Part shown: one piece after another, positions 43,255 to 52,240 of the stretch
Layout: the number at the start of each line of letters is the position of its first letter
Numbering within the stretch: position 1 is the first letter of the stretch
DNA from: an uncultured Bacteroidales bacterium
GTDB taxonomy: Bacteria; Bacteroidota; Bacteroidia; Bacteroidales; Paludibacteraceae
Assembly: GCA_946185835.1 (NCBI GenBank)
Contig: CAMHKW010000006.1
Span: 3,868-67,867 of the forward strand
Direction of reading: 5' to 3'
DNA: 64,000 nt
Program-made: the position numbers and the translations under genes
The notes under the pieces: generated by a model
Database searches by the model: none
Seen by the model: the letters and a program-made list of their open reading frames with translations, nothing else
What the model was told of the DNA's origin: nothing

Positions 43255-44592
43255 ATGAAAAACTTCAAACTCATACTCGCTCTGCTCATCCCTGCCCTGA
43301 CAGGTTGCCGTTTTGCGGGTGAGCAATATGTCGACTTCACCGACATCGAGGCAGCCAAAGGTCTTTCGTTTCGCGTCATCAGTCAGCACGAGACCGACCT
43401 GAGCGACGGTCTGCCCGACAACTGCTACCTGCCCGACGGCACCAGCATCAACGCCATTGCCGACATCACTGCCTACGACGAAGGCGATGTCTCTCAGGTG
43501 GTAGAACGCCGCACCAACAGCACTACCGCTGCCAACGTGGCACAGCAGCTGCTCAAATACGGCAACCAGAATCATGTCATAGAGGTGGTGGGCAGCTACC
43601 CCAGCTTAGACAGCAACATAGAGCCTGTCACCTTGTCAGGCAAGGTGATGCTGCCGCGTGACGGACGTCCGAAGCGCATGATCTTGGTCAGTCACTACAC
43701 CGTATGCTCCAACGCCGAAGCTCCCAGCAACTGCTTCTCGTTAGAAGGAGTGCTCGTCAAGTTAGGATACGGACTTATCATACCCGACTACATGGGCTAC
43801 GGCATCACCGGCAAAGAGGTGCACCCGTATCTGGTGATGCAACTGACAGCACGCAACGTTTTAGATATGTACTTCGCCGTGCGCCCATGGCTCAAGGCTA
43901 TCGGCAGAGAACCACTAAACGACGACATATACCTGATGGGCTACAGCCAAGGCGGAGCCACTACCATGGCAGTAGAATACCTGATAGAGACGTCATACAG
44001 CCAACCCGAAAACGACAACTACGTGAAGATACATCGCGTGTTTGCCGGAGGCGGGCCATACGACGTAAAAGCTACATACGAGCGCTTCGTGACAACCGAC
44101 ACCGCCGGATATCCGGTGGCTGTGCCACTCGTGCTTCAAGGTATGATACGAGGCAACAAACTGAAAATAAACATGAACGACATAGTTCAGGATTGGCTTT
44201 ACGACAAATTAGACGACTGGATTAACAGCAAACAATACACCTCGGCACAAATCAACAAGATGATTGGCACTTACGTGACTCACGAGCTGCTCACACCCGA
44301 GGGTATGAACCAGTCGTCGGACAAAGTGGCAGAGCTTTACAAAGCCATGACCACCAACTCTATCACCTCATACAACTGGGTGCCGAAGGCAAGCGTATAT
44401 ATAATGCACTCTATCGACGACGAGACAGTACCTTACACCAACGCCACCAATGCCAAATCGAAATGGGAAAACGCCAATATCGTATACAACTTCGGGCACT
44501 ATGGCGGACACGTGCCTACATGCCTCAGATTCATATATTCGGTACAGACACTTCTGCAAGAAGAAGAAAAAGAAAGGGAGCGTTATGAATAA
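43255..44592 (+). CDS. lipoprotein alpha/beta hydrolase (secretory-lipase-like)
   Basis: Lipobox PALTGC and nucleophile elbow GYSQGG. 445 aa. Confidence 0.65.
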   Translation: MKNFKLILALLIPALTGCRFAGEQYVDFTDIEAAKGLSFRVISQHETDLSDGLPDNCYLPDGTSINAIADITAYDEGDVSQVVERRTNSTTAANVAQQLLKYGNQNHVIEVVGSYPSLDSNIEPVTLSGKVMLPRDGRPKRMILVSHYTVCSNAEAPSNCFSLEGVLVKLGYGLIIPDYMGYGITGKEVHPYLVMQLTARNVLDMYFAVRPWLKAIGREPLNDDIYLMGYSQGGATTMAVEYLIETSYSQPENDNYVKIHRVFAGGGPYDVKATYERFVTTDTAGYPVAVPLVLQGMIRGNKLKINMNDIVQDWLYDKLDDWINSKQYTSAQINKMIGTYVTHELLTPEGMNQSSDKVAELYKAMTTNSITSYNWVPKASVYIMHSIDDETVPYTNATNAKSKWENANIVYNFGHYGGHVPTCLRFIYSVQTLLQEEEKERERYE

Positions 44593-45484
44593 GACATACC
44601 AATACATACTGCTGATACTCTTGATGGTAGCTGCTATAGGTTGCAACCCCGAAGCCGCGTGGGTCGACACCTACAACGTCAATGTCAAGATGAATATCGA
44701 CTTAGTGTCGTCAGGGTTTGCGGAATGCAGTTTCACCACCGACCAAGAAGCCTACTATCTGATTTCTATCGAAGAGACATTAGACGCCGTCGACCCCTTC
44801 ACTCAGCCTAAGCAGTTTATGATGCTCGCCATCGACTCAGCCAACCTCAAGTACCTCGCGTGGCGCAACGAACTGCTCAAAGCCGGGGAGTTTAACATAG
44901 CGCCTTTCGCAAGTCATGCACTGCAATATGGTCCGACCAAACACTTCTTCACCTCACTGATACCCGACACCGACTATTGGGTGTTTGCCTTCGCCGTTAA
45001 TCCGGTGACGCTGGAGCCTATCAGCAAACTCAACCTCGTGAAGATACACACTACCAAAGAAAGCGTTATCGATGCACATGTCGAATACCGAGTGAAAGGC
45101 TATTGGGACTATATCTACCCCGTCGACTCTACCGGCGCTATACTCTCTAACTTCCCGTATATGGCAACCACACGCGACAGTGCCGAATTAGAAGGTGACC
45201 CCGACATGGCTCCTTTCGATTTCTTTGTTTATTGGACAATGGAAATGATAGAAACGCCTAACATCAAGCCGTACTATGGAGTACAAGCGATGGTAAACGA
45301 TGGAGTAAACACCCACCTCAAATTCGAAGAAGGACACACCTACTACACTTTCATCAGCGGATTCGACGGATATTTCATACAATCGGCTATCTTCCGCTTC
45401 CGCTGGCTGGGAGAAGACTCCGACTTCTACTTCACCGAAGAAGATGATGCCAACATCTTTAATTTAAGCGACATCCCCGAATAA
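44585..45484 (+). CDS. lipoprotein, unknown function
   Basis: Internal ATG 44585 gives MNKTYQYILLILLMVAAIGC (lipobox). The start overlaps the lipase stop by 8 nt. Confidence 0.6.
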   Translation: MNKTYQYILLILLMVAAIGCNPEAAWVDTYNVNVKMNIDLVSSGFAECSFTTDQEAYYLISIEETLDAVDPFTQPKQFMMLAIDSANLKYLAWRNELLKAGEFNIAPFASHALQYGPTKHFFTSLIPDTDYWVFAFAVNPVTLEPISKLNLVKIHTTKESVIDAHVEYRVKGYWDYIYPVDSTGAILSNFPYMATTRDSAELEGDPDMAPFDFFVYWTMEMIETPNIKPYYGVQAMVNDGVNTHLKFEEGHTYYTFISGFDGYFIQSAIFRFRWLGEDSDFYFTEEDDANIFNLSDIPE

Positions 45485-45519
45485 ACACTAAAACACATAC
45501 ACAATAAAACACCACAACA

Positions 45520-46899
45520 ATGAAAAAAGTATTATTCCTTTTAGCCACAATAGCTATGTTTGCTTCCTGCACCAAGACCAATGCCAACAGTACCCCGCAA
45601 GACACGGAGACTGAGCCTTCGGTAGTGTACATGACACAAGAGATCTCACCGGCTGCTCTGGTACGTATCTACGAAGCCTTAGGACGCCCCGCCACCGGCA
45701 GAGTTGCCGTTAAGATTTCGACGGGCGAGGCAGGCGGACATAACTACCTCAAGCCGCAACTGATACAGCAGTTAGTCAACAGCGTCAATGGTACCATCGT
45801 AGAGTGCAACACCGCCTATGCCGGTCGGCGCAACACCACCGAAGCTCACTGGCAGACTATTCGCGACCACGGCTTTACCAACATCGCTAAAGTCGACCTG
45901 ATGGACGAAGAAGGCGACTTCTGCATTCCTGTGGCTGACTCGACATGGATACACTACGACCGCGTAGGTACTCACATGCGCAACTACGACTTCATGATTA
46001 GCCTCGCACACTTCAAAGGGCATGCCATGGGCGGCTTCGGCGGCGTACTCAAAAACCAGTCGATAGGCGTGGCATCGGCAGCCGGCAAAGCCTATATACA
46101 CTCGGCAGGAGTGACCGAAGACGTGGTGGAGACATGGAACCACACCGGCAACCAAGACGGCTTCCTCGAGTCGATGGCAGCCGCAGCACAAGCCGTACAT
46201 AACTACTTCGGCAATGGCGAACGCATACTCTATATCAACGTAGTGAATAACCTCTCTGTCGACTGCGACTGCGACTCGCACCCCGCTGACCCCGAGATGA
46301 GCGACATCGGCATTCTTGCCTCACTCGACCCCGTAGCACTCGACCAAGCGTGCGTCGACTTAGTATTCAACTACCCCTCTGAGAAAGGCGACGACGCCTC
46401 AGCACTCATCCAACGTATCAACTCACGACATGGCATACACACCATCGAACATGCAGCTAAAATAGGACTCGGCAAACGCCAATACCACATCGTCAGCATC
46501 GATGGCGAACAGATGCTCGGCATGCTCAACGAGAATGGACTGAGCCTGCTGGTAAGAAACCGCGGCATCACCACACAACACCGGAACCGCGGCGTCAAAG
46601 ACCTGCTGCAACTCATACAGCAAGATCCCAAACGCCTGCAAGGTGCCGTCGTTGCCGATAAGATAATAGGCAAAGCAGCTGCAGCACTGATGATAGCAGG
46701 AGGCGTGAAAAAGGTATACACCAATATCATCTGCACACCGGCACGCGAACTCTTCGAGCAAGCCGGCGTAGAGGTGCACGCCACACAAGAGGTTGAGCAG
46801 ATACTCAACAACGACAAGTCCGCACAATGCCCTATCGACAGCCGACTCAACGATGCCACCACCGTAGAAGAGTGCGTCGAGATACTGAAAAACATGTAG
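45520..46899 (+). CDS. DUF362 domain fused to DUF1893 (TM1506-like) domain, with lipoprotein signal
   Basis: Lipobox AMFASC. The N-terminal ~330 aa resemble DUF362 (VAVKISTGEAGG...IVECNTAY...DCDCDSHP). The C-terminal ~120 aa resemble DUF1893 (VADKIIGKAAAALMI...). Confidence 0.65.
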   Translation: MKKVLFLLATIAMFASCTKTNANSTPQDTETEPSVVYMTQEISPAALVRIYEALGRPATGRVAVKISTGEAGGHNYLKPQLIQQLVNSVNGTIVECNTAYAGRRNTTEAHWQTIRDHGFTNIAKVDLMDEEGDFCIPVADSTWIHYDRVGTHMRNYDFMISLAHFKGHAMGGFGGVLKNQSIGVASAAGKAYIHSAGVTEDVVETWNHTGNQDGFLESMAAAAQAVHNYFGNGERILYINVVNNLSVDCDCDSHPADPEMSDIGILASLDPVALDQACVDLVFNYPSEKGDDASALIQRINSRHGIHTIEHAAKIGLGKRQYHIVSIDGEQMLGMLNENGLSLLVRNRGITTQHRNRGVKDLLQLIQQDPKRLQGAVVADKIIGKAAAALMIAGGVKKVYTNIICTPARELFEQAGVEVHATQEVEQILNNDKSAQCPIDSRLNDATTVEECVEILKNM

Positions 46900-46904
46900 T
46901 GGCA

Positions 46905-47093
46905 ATGGAACATCTGCCACACCATCCTGCCATACTTGTATCCTCGGTCAACATGCTGCTACGCGACGAAGAGTTCGACACCCTTGAGTCGCTGTGCTAC
47001 TGCTTTGACACCGACCCTGACGAACTGAAGGCATACCTCAAAAGCCATGGCTACCGCTACGACCAACAACAACGACAGTTCAAGGCAGTCTGA
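46905..47093 (+). CDS. DUF4250 domain protein
   Basis: 62 aa starting at the internal ATG 46905. LVSSVNMLLRDEEFDTLESLCYCFDTDPDELKAYLKSHGYRYD matches my memory of DUF4250. Confidence 0.6.
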   Translation: MEHLPHHPAILVSSVNMLLRDEEFDTLESLCYCFDTDPDELKAYLKSHGYRYDQQQRQFKAV

Positions 47094-47106
47094 CCTCTAA
47101 CAGCAA

Positions 47107-47169
47107 CGTGGGTACGCCTGTTTCTTATCTCCGCCTTGCTACGAACGATCGTAACGTGGTAACCGGCGG
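47107..47169 (-). repeat. REP/MITE-like element, long form, copy B
   Basis: Reverse complement of the consensus with about 2 substitutions. Lies downstream of the DUF4250 gene. Confidence 0.85.
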
Positions 47170-47213
47170 ACTGACACAGCGGGCTAACCTCTAACAGACG
47201 AAGCCGACCTCAC

Positions 47214-47468
47214 ATGACCCGACAGACTATAGACATAGCATTTTGTTTTCTGCATCAGAAGATGCAGGTCTATCTGCATTCGTCAATAAGTCGGCAGCGC
47301 GACGACATTGAAGTTGCCGTAGCCGAATATGTCGAGCAGATGGACCGCGAGCTATACCTCACGTTAGCTGACGGCGTCAACGACTTTCTGCTTACACATA
47401 GCCGCTTCGAACAGGATATGACAAACGCGCTCAGCCGACTCGAACAGATGCTAAGCCCATCGCGATGA
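47214..47468 (+). CDS. hypothetical protein
   Basis: 84-aa ORF whose codon usage resembles that of neighbouring genes. No recognised motif. Confidence 0.35.
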   Translation: MTRQTIDIAFCFLHQKMQVYLHSSISRQRDDIEVAVAEYVEQMDRELYLTLADGVNDFLLTHSRFEQDMTNALSRLEQMLSPSR

Positions 47469-47517
47469 GACGACATGGCGATTGGCACCAAACGATATAC
47501 GGTTGTATTTCGGTTGT

Positions 47518-47541
47518 AGAGACGGTATATATACCGTCTCT
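47518..47541. repeat. perfect 24-nt palindrome AGAGACGGTATATATACCGTCTCT
   Basis: Read directly from the sequence. It is followed by a half-site ATATATCCGTCTCT at about 47545-47558. Confidence 0.9.
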
Positions 47542-47688
47542 GCTATATATCCGTCTCTATATGTTGATGTTTACCACACACGGGGGTACGCTGGTACCGG
47601 CGGCAAAAAATTCAGATAAAAAGTAATGTCAGTCGTCTTTGGCACTTTTTTTGTTATATCATTATGCGTGCTTTACATTAAAGAACGT

Positions 47689-47730
47689 ATTTCATATTTC
47701 ATATTTCAGATTAGATGAGATTCAGATTAG
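47689..47730 (+). repeat. 7-bp tandem array (ATTTCAT)2 ATTTCAG plus AGATTAG stutter running into the start codon
   Basis: Read directly. ATG 47715 lies inside the repeat. Confidence 0.85.
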
Positions 47731-50582
47731 TGTTGATGATTCTTGCGCTTGCTCAGATATGCTATGCGCAATGGGATGTTACCGGGAAAGTGAGAAACGC
47801 TGACAACGCAGAGCCGTTAGAGATGGCGACAGTGCGTCTGTTTGCCCCCGTAAACGGCAGTTGGCAAGACTCGGTGATGGTGACGGGCGTGCAGACCGCC
47901 GCCGATGGCAGTTATGTGCTGCAGCATGTAGCCAATGGCAGATACCATGTGGTGGTCAGCAGTGTAGGCTACCAAGAGAAGTCGGTAGCTGTAAGAGTGG
48001 CAGATGCAGACGTCGAGATGAAAGCCATCAGACTCAAAGAAGACGTCACTGCCTTGGCAGAGGTAGAGGTGGCAGGTAAGGCTGCCGAGATGGTGGTCAA
48101 AGGCGACACGCTCGAATACAACACCGCCGCCTATCAGGTGGCAGAGAACGCCACGGTAGAAGAGCTGCTAAAGAAGATGAACGGCGTGGAAGTCGACAAA
48201 GAGGGTAACGTCACCGTCAACGGAGAGACCATCAAAGCGATACGTATCGACGGCAAGAAGTTCTTCGGCGACGACGTGCAAGCTGCCACCAAGAACATAC
48301 CCGCCGAGATGATCAATAAGATACAAGTCATCGACGAGAAGTCTGACATGGCTAAGCTCACCGGCTTCGAAGACGACGACACCGAACGTATCATCAACCT
48401 GCAACTCAAAGAGAACCGAAAGAAAGGTATGTTCGGCAACTTCGCCGGCGGACTCGGAGCCGACATGATAAGCGACGACGGCAAATACTTCGGCTACGAC
48501 AAGAACTTCTTCAGGCAAGACTTCAGATACAACGCCTCTGCTTTTATGAACATACTCTCGGGCGAGAGTCAGACCACCGTCATCGGTGGAGCCAACAACG
48601 TCAACCAGCTGCGCTCCGGTCGCGGTCGCGGTAACTGGGGCGGACAAAACCAAGGTATCACATGGAACGAGAACATAGGCGTCAACACCAACGCCGAAGG
48701 TAAGAACGGATGGACATACGGAGGCGATGTGCAGTTCAACCATTCCTTTAACGACACCCACACCAAGAGCGAGAAAGAGCAGTGGAGCGACCAGTATACC
48801 TACAACCAAAACGACACCTCATCCAAACAGTCGAACACGTGGGATGTGAAGACGCGTCTCGAGTTCGAATGGAAAATCGACTCGGTAAGCTCGCTGTTGC
48901 TCAAACCTGAGATATCATACACTCGCACCGTCTCCGACTCGTACAGAGCCTACGACTACTTCACCGGCAGCGTGCTGACAACAGAAGGACGACAGTCGAA
49001 CATAGGAGCATCGTCGGACATCGCAGCAGGCATGAGAGCTATCTATAACTATAAGTTTCTAAAGCCCGGTCGCTCCATCACCCTCAACGCCTACGTGAGC
49101 TATGACAACACCACAGGCGACTCACACAACTTCTCGAATAACGTATCGTATACCGAGACGCCTATCGCCTCGGTCAACCAGTGGACCGACAAACGGCAGA
49201 ATAACGTCTCGTACCGGCTGCGAGTGTCGTATGTCGAGCCTCTGTATAAGAACAACCACCTGTTAGAAACCGTACTACGCTTTTCGGGCAATAACCGTAG
49301 TTCGAGCAAGCAGCAATATAACGACAGTGCCCGCACCATGCTCGATGCTGACTATTCCAACTCACTGAAGACCACTTTCTTTGACGAGTCGGTAGAATTC
49401 AACTATCGCTGGGTAGAAAAACTCTTCGACCTGACGGCAGGTGTCAAACTCAACCCCTCGCAGACCTTGTCGGAGACGCGTTATGGCAACGGACTGATAC
49501 GCGACACACTGCTCTCGGTGTTCAACGTCTCGCCTAACGTGTCGTTCAAATATAAGTTCGGCAAGAAGGAGTTTGCCCGCATCCGCTACCGCGGACGCAC
49601 CACACAGCCTACAGCCACACAGATGGAGCCGGTGAAAGACAACTCCAACGCCATGAACGAGACGGTAGGTAACCTCAACTTAGTACCTGCATTTGCACAT
49701 AACCTGCACCTGATGTATTCCAGATACAACCAAGACCGCTTCTCGAGCATCATGACAGGTCTGCACGGCACTCTCACCAAAGATGCCCTTGTGAGCAACA
49801 GCATCTACGACGAGAACGGCAAACTCTATCAGCAGACCGTCAACGCTCAGGCTTTACCATGGTGGTTGAGTGGCGACTTCATGTATAACACACCCTTTGC
49901 CAACAAGCTGATGCAGTTCCACACACGTACTTCGCTGAGTTACAACCAACGCATAGCCTATGTAGCAAGAGAGATGTCGGCATCGCAGATAGCCACCATG
50001 ATAGAGGATAACACATGGATGCTCGGCGACGAGAGCCGAACAGGCAACCTCAGAGCACAAGAAGACCTCACACTCCGACTCACACATAACATCGTCGACG
50101 TGGGAGTAAAGGGCAGCTTTACCTATTCGCGAACAAACAACAACCTCAGCGCACAGAGTCTGAGTAACGTCTTCGACTGGTCGGTGACCGGCGACATGAC
50201 CTTCCACCTGCCACGCTCATGGGAGATAGCCACCGACATAGGCTATACCGCTCGCTACGGCTATCGACTCAGCGACGTCAACGAACTGATATGGAACGCC
50301 TCCATCACAAAATCGTGGGGCGTAGCTTCGCTCGCCCTCAACGTATACGACATGCTCGCACAAAAGAAAAACATAGTGCAGGTCGTATCGGAAAACGCAG
50401 TGCAGTACCAGAAGTTCAACACCCTACCCACTTACTTCATGCTCACCTTCACCTACAAACTCAATCGTATGGGCGACCTGAAAGCTAAAGGACGGGCTGC
50501 TTTCATGCAAGAGATGGTAGAGTCCAACCCGAGCGGCAACCCCAACAAGATACCTTCCGGTCCGCCACCTATGCTCAGATAA
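47715..50582 (+). CDS. TonB-dependent-receptor-like outer-membrane protein with carboxypeptidase-regulatory-like N-domain
   Basis: Signal peptide, then GKVRNADNAEPLEMATVRL...GRYHVVVSSVGY (CarboxypepD_reg-like), a plug-like region and a long beta-barrel. Confidence 0.8.
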   Translation: MRFRLVLMILALAQICYAQWDVTGKVRNADNAEPLEMATVRLFAPVNGSWQDSVMVTGVQTAADGSYVLQHVANGRYHVVVSSVGYQEKSVAVRVADADVEMKAIRLKEDVTALAEVEVAGKAAEMVVKGDTLEYNTAAYQVAENATVEELLKKMNGVEVDKEGNVTVNGETIKAIRIDGKKFFGDDVQAATKNIPAEMINKIQVIDEKSDMAKLTGFEDDDTERIINLQLKENRKKGMFGNFAGGLGADMISDDGKYFGYDKNFFRQDFRYNASAFMNILSGESQTTVIGGANNVNQLRSGRGRGNWGGQNQGITWNENIGVNTNAEGKNGWTYGGDVQFNHSFNDTHTKSEKEQWSDQYTYNQNDTSSKQSNTWDVKTRLEFEWKIDSVSSLLLKPEISYTRTVSDSYRAYDYFTGSVLTTEGRQSNIGASSDIAAGMRAIYNYKFLKPGRSITLNAYVSYDNTTGDSHNFSNNVSYTETPIASVNQWTDKRQNNVSYRLRVSYVEPLYKNNHLLETVLRFSGNNRSSSKQQYNDSARTMLDADYSNSLKTTFFDESVEFNYRWVEKLFDLTAGVKLNPSQTLSETRYGNGLIRDTLLSVFNVSPNVSFKYKFGKKEFARIRYRGRTTQPTATQMEPVKDNSNAMNETVGNLNLVPAFAHNLHLMYSRYNQDRFSSIMTGLHGTLTKDALVSNSIYDENGKLYQQTVNAQALPWWLSGDFMYNTPFANKLMQFHTRTSLSYNQRIAYVAREMSASQIATMIEDNTWMLGDESRTGNLRAQEDLTLRLTHNIVDVGVKGSFTYSRTNNNLSAQSLSNVFDWSVTGDMTFHLPRSWEIATDIGYTARYGYRLSDVNELIWNASITKSWGVASLALNVYDMLAQKKNIVQVVSENAVQYQKFNTLPTYFMLTFTYKLNRMGDLKAKGRAAFMQEMVESNPSGNPNKIPSGPPPMLR

Positions 50583-50590
50583 CACAAAAA

Positions 50591-50631
50591 TAGGGCACTT
50601 CTAATAATTCAACTTTATTAGAAGTGCCCTA
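50591..50631 (+). terminator. stem-loop terminator after the TonB-dependent-like receptor
   Basis: TAGGGCACTTCTAATA-loop-TATTAGAAGTGCCCTA (16-bp stem), followed by TAAATTT. Confidence 0.55.
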
Positions 50632-50635
50632 TAAA

Positions 50636-50667
50636 TTTGCAAATCACAAAAATTATCTTTACCTTTG
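50636..50667 (+). promoter_or_regulatory. Bacteroides-type promoter for the mgtC-like gene
   Basis: TTTG(50636-50639)-N20-TAccTTTG(50660-50667), giving a leader of about 100 nt. Confidence 0.6.
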
Positions 50668-50771
50668 CGGCAGTCTTTTGGTGCGCGGTAGCGAAGCGCT
50701 CCTCACACGCAACCAAAACAATAAAATAGGAAATAACAGATTAGTCATATAGACGCAAAAACAGCATTACT

Positions 50772-51206
50772 ATGAAAGAATACTTGATGCAGACCGATTG
50801 GCTGATGCTGCTTAGCAAATTAGTGGCAGCCACCCTCTGCGGCTACCTGATAGGTTTGGAACGAGCTTTCCACGGTAAAGTAGTGGGCACACGCACTGTG
50901 TCGCTTATTGCCATCGGCAGTGCCTTGTATGTACTTATGTCTCCTTCTATTTTCGGTGGCGACAACTCGCGTATCATAGCCCAGGTAGTGTCGGGCATCG
51001 GTTTCCTGGGTGCCGGCATCATCTTCAAAGACGGCGACACCGTCAAAGGACTAACCACTGCTGCCACCGTATGGTGCGCAGCTGCCATAGGCTGCCTATG
51101 CGGTAGCGGCATGTTTGTAGAAGCTCTGCTCGGTACATTAGCCATCATAATAGTGAACATCTTCTTCACACACCTGAAGAACAAAAAAGACGACTCTAAA
51201 CTCTAA
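50772..51206 (+). CDS. MgtC/SapB family membrane protein
   Basis: 144 aa. LIGLERAFHGKVVGTRT, GIGFLGAGIIFK and LTTAATVWCAAAIG are typical of the MgtC N-terminal domain. Confidence 0.8.
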   Translation: MKEYLMQTDWLMLLSKLVAATLCGYLIGLERAFHGKVVGTRTVSLIAIGSALYVLMSPSIFGGDNSRIIAQVVSGIGFLGAGIIFKDGDTVKGLTTAATVWCAAAIGCLCGSGMFVEALLGTLAIIIVNIFFTHLKNKKDDSKL

Positions 51207-51226
51207 TCTCTCATTCAACGTCCATT

Positions 51227-51290
51227 GCCGCCGGTTACCACGTTACAATCGTTCGTAGCAAGGCGGAGATAAGAAACCGGCGTACCCACG
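51227..51290 (+). repeat. REP/MITE-like element, long form, copy C
   Basis: First unit of the 99-bp tandem duplication downstream of the mgtC-like gene. Confidence 0.9.
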
Positions 51291-51325
51291 CACTCTAAAC
51301 TCTAATCTCTCATTCAACGTCCATT

Positions 51326-51389
51326 GCCGCCGGTTACCACGTTACGATCGTTCGTAGCAAGGCGGAGATAAGAAACCGGCGTACCCACG
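51326..51389 (+). repeat. REP/MITE-like element, long form, copy D
   Basis: Second unit of the tandem duplication. Differs from copy C by A/G in GTTAC[A/G]ATCG. Confidence 0.9.
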
Positions 51390-51414
51390 TCCTCTAAACA
51401 CTAAACAATACCCC

Positions 51415-52218
51415 ATGAAACGCACTCTTCTTGCTACAGCCTTGTTTGCGCTGTCGGCAGCTGCTTTTGCCGGCACCAACATACAGGCGTTCTACGACTT
51501 CGGCAGTCTGGGCACCGCATGCGCCAACCAGCGTTCGCCACGCGTGACCACCACCGTCGAACTTTTCTACCCCGACAACTGGGGCAATACCTTCGCCTTC
51601 GTCGATTTCGACTACTCTATTCACAAAGGTGACCCAAAGAACATGCCTTTCCTCGCTTATTGGGAGATAGCTCGTTGCCTTAACTTCTGGCAGCAGACCG
51701 CAGCCAAAGACCTCAGCATACAAGTAGAATACGACGGCGGCTTCGGACTTGCCACTAAAGCCGACGGCAGCTATCTGGGATACGGCATACATCATGCAGC
51801 GCTGGTCGGACTCAACTACTGCCTGCATACCGACGACTACAAAAACATCTTCAACCTCGAGCTGTTATATAAATATATCGGTAATGCCGACAATGGTTTG
51901 AAAAACATGGCTCCCCTACAATTCACCTTCGTATGGGGGTGCGACGACTTCTGCACTGCTCCCGGGTTGCGTTTCTCCGGTTTCCTCGACGTATGGGGGC
52001 AGAAACAGAGCGTCTACAACCGCGCCACCGATAGCTATACCGACCCCACACGGCAGTCGTTCGTCATACTCACCGAACCGCAACTGTGGTATAACGTCGG
52101 ACGATGGTTCCGCTGTCCACAACTCAACATCGGTACCGAAATCGAATTCAGCTATAACTTCGCCGGTGCCGGCTGGATGGTCAACCCATGTCTGGGCATC
52201 AAATGGTGCTTCGACTAA
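51415..52218 (+). CDS. Tsx-like / DUF5020 outer-membrane channel protein
   Basis: Signal peptide, NIQAFYDFG start, NWGNTFAFVDFDY, and a beta-barrel pattern. The family call is from memory. Confidence 0.5.
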   Translation: MKRTLLATALFALSAAAFAGTNIQAFYDFGSLGTACANQRSPRVTTTVELFYPDNWGNTFAFVDFDYSIHKGDPKNMPFLAYWEIARCLNFWQQTAAKDLSIQVEYDGGFGLATKADGSYLGYGIHHAALVGLNYCLHTDDYKNIFNLELLYKYIGNADNGLKNMAPLQFTFVWGCDDFCTAPGLRFSGFLDVWGQKQSVYNRATDSYTDPTRQSFVILTEPQLWYNVGRWFRCPQLNIGTEIEFSYNFAGAGWMVNPCLGIKWCFD

Positions 52219-52240
52219 TAATAACACAACATACACGCTT

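Larger units (their letters stand above)
51193..51391 (+). repeat. 99-bp tandem duplication (2 units)
   Basis: ACTCTAAACTCTAATCTCTCATTCAACGTCCATT plus the element occurs at 51193 and again at 51292. The first unit contains the last codons and stop of the mgtC-like gene. Confidence 0.9.

Noticed and set aside
50668-50771. Mg2+ riboswitch or other known leader upstream of the mgtC-like gene.
   Set aside because: The ~100-nt leader has only a short GC hairpin (GCGCGGTAGCGAAGCGC), and I cannot recognise M-box features by eye. It would need cmsearch against Rfam to decide.
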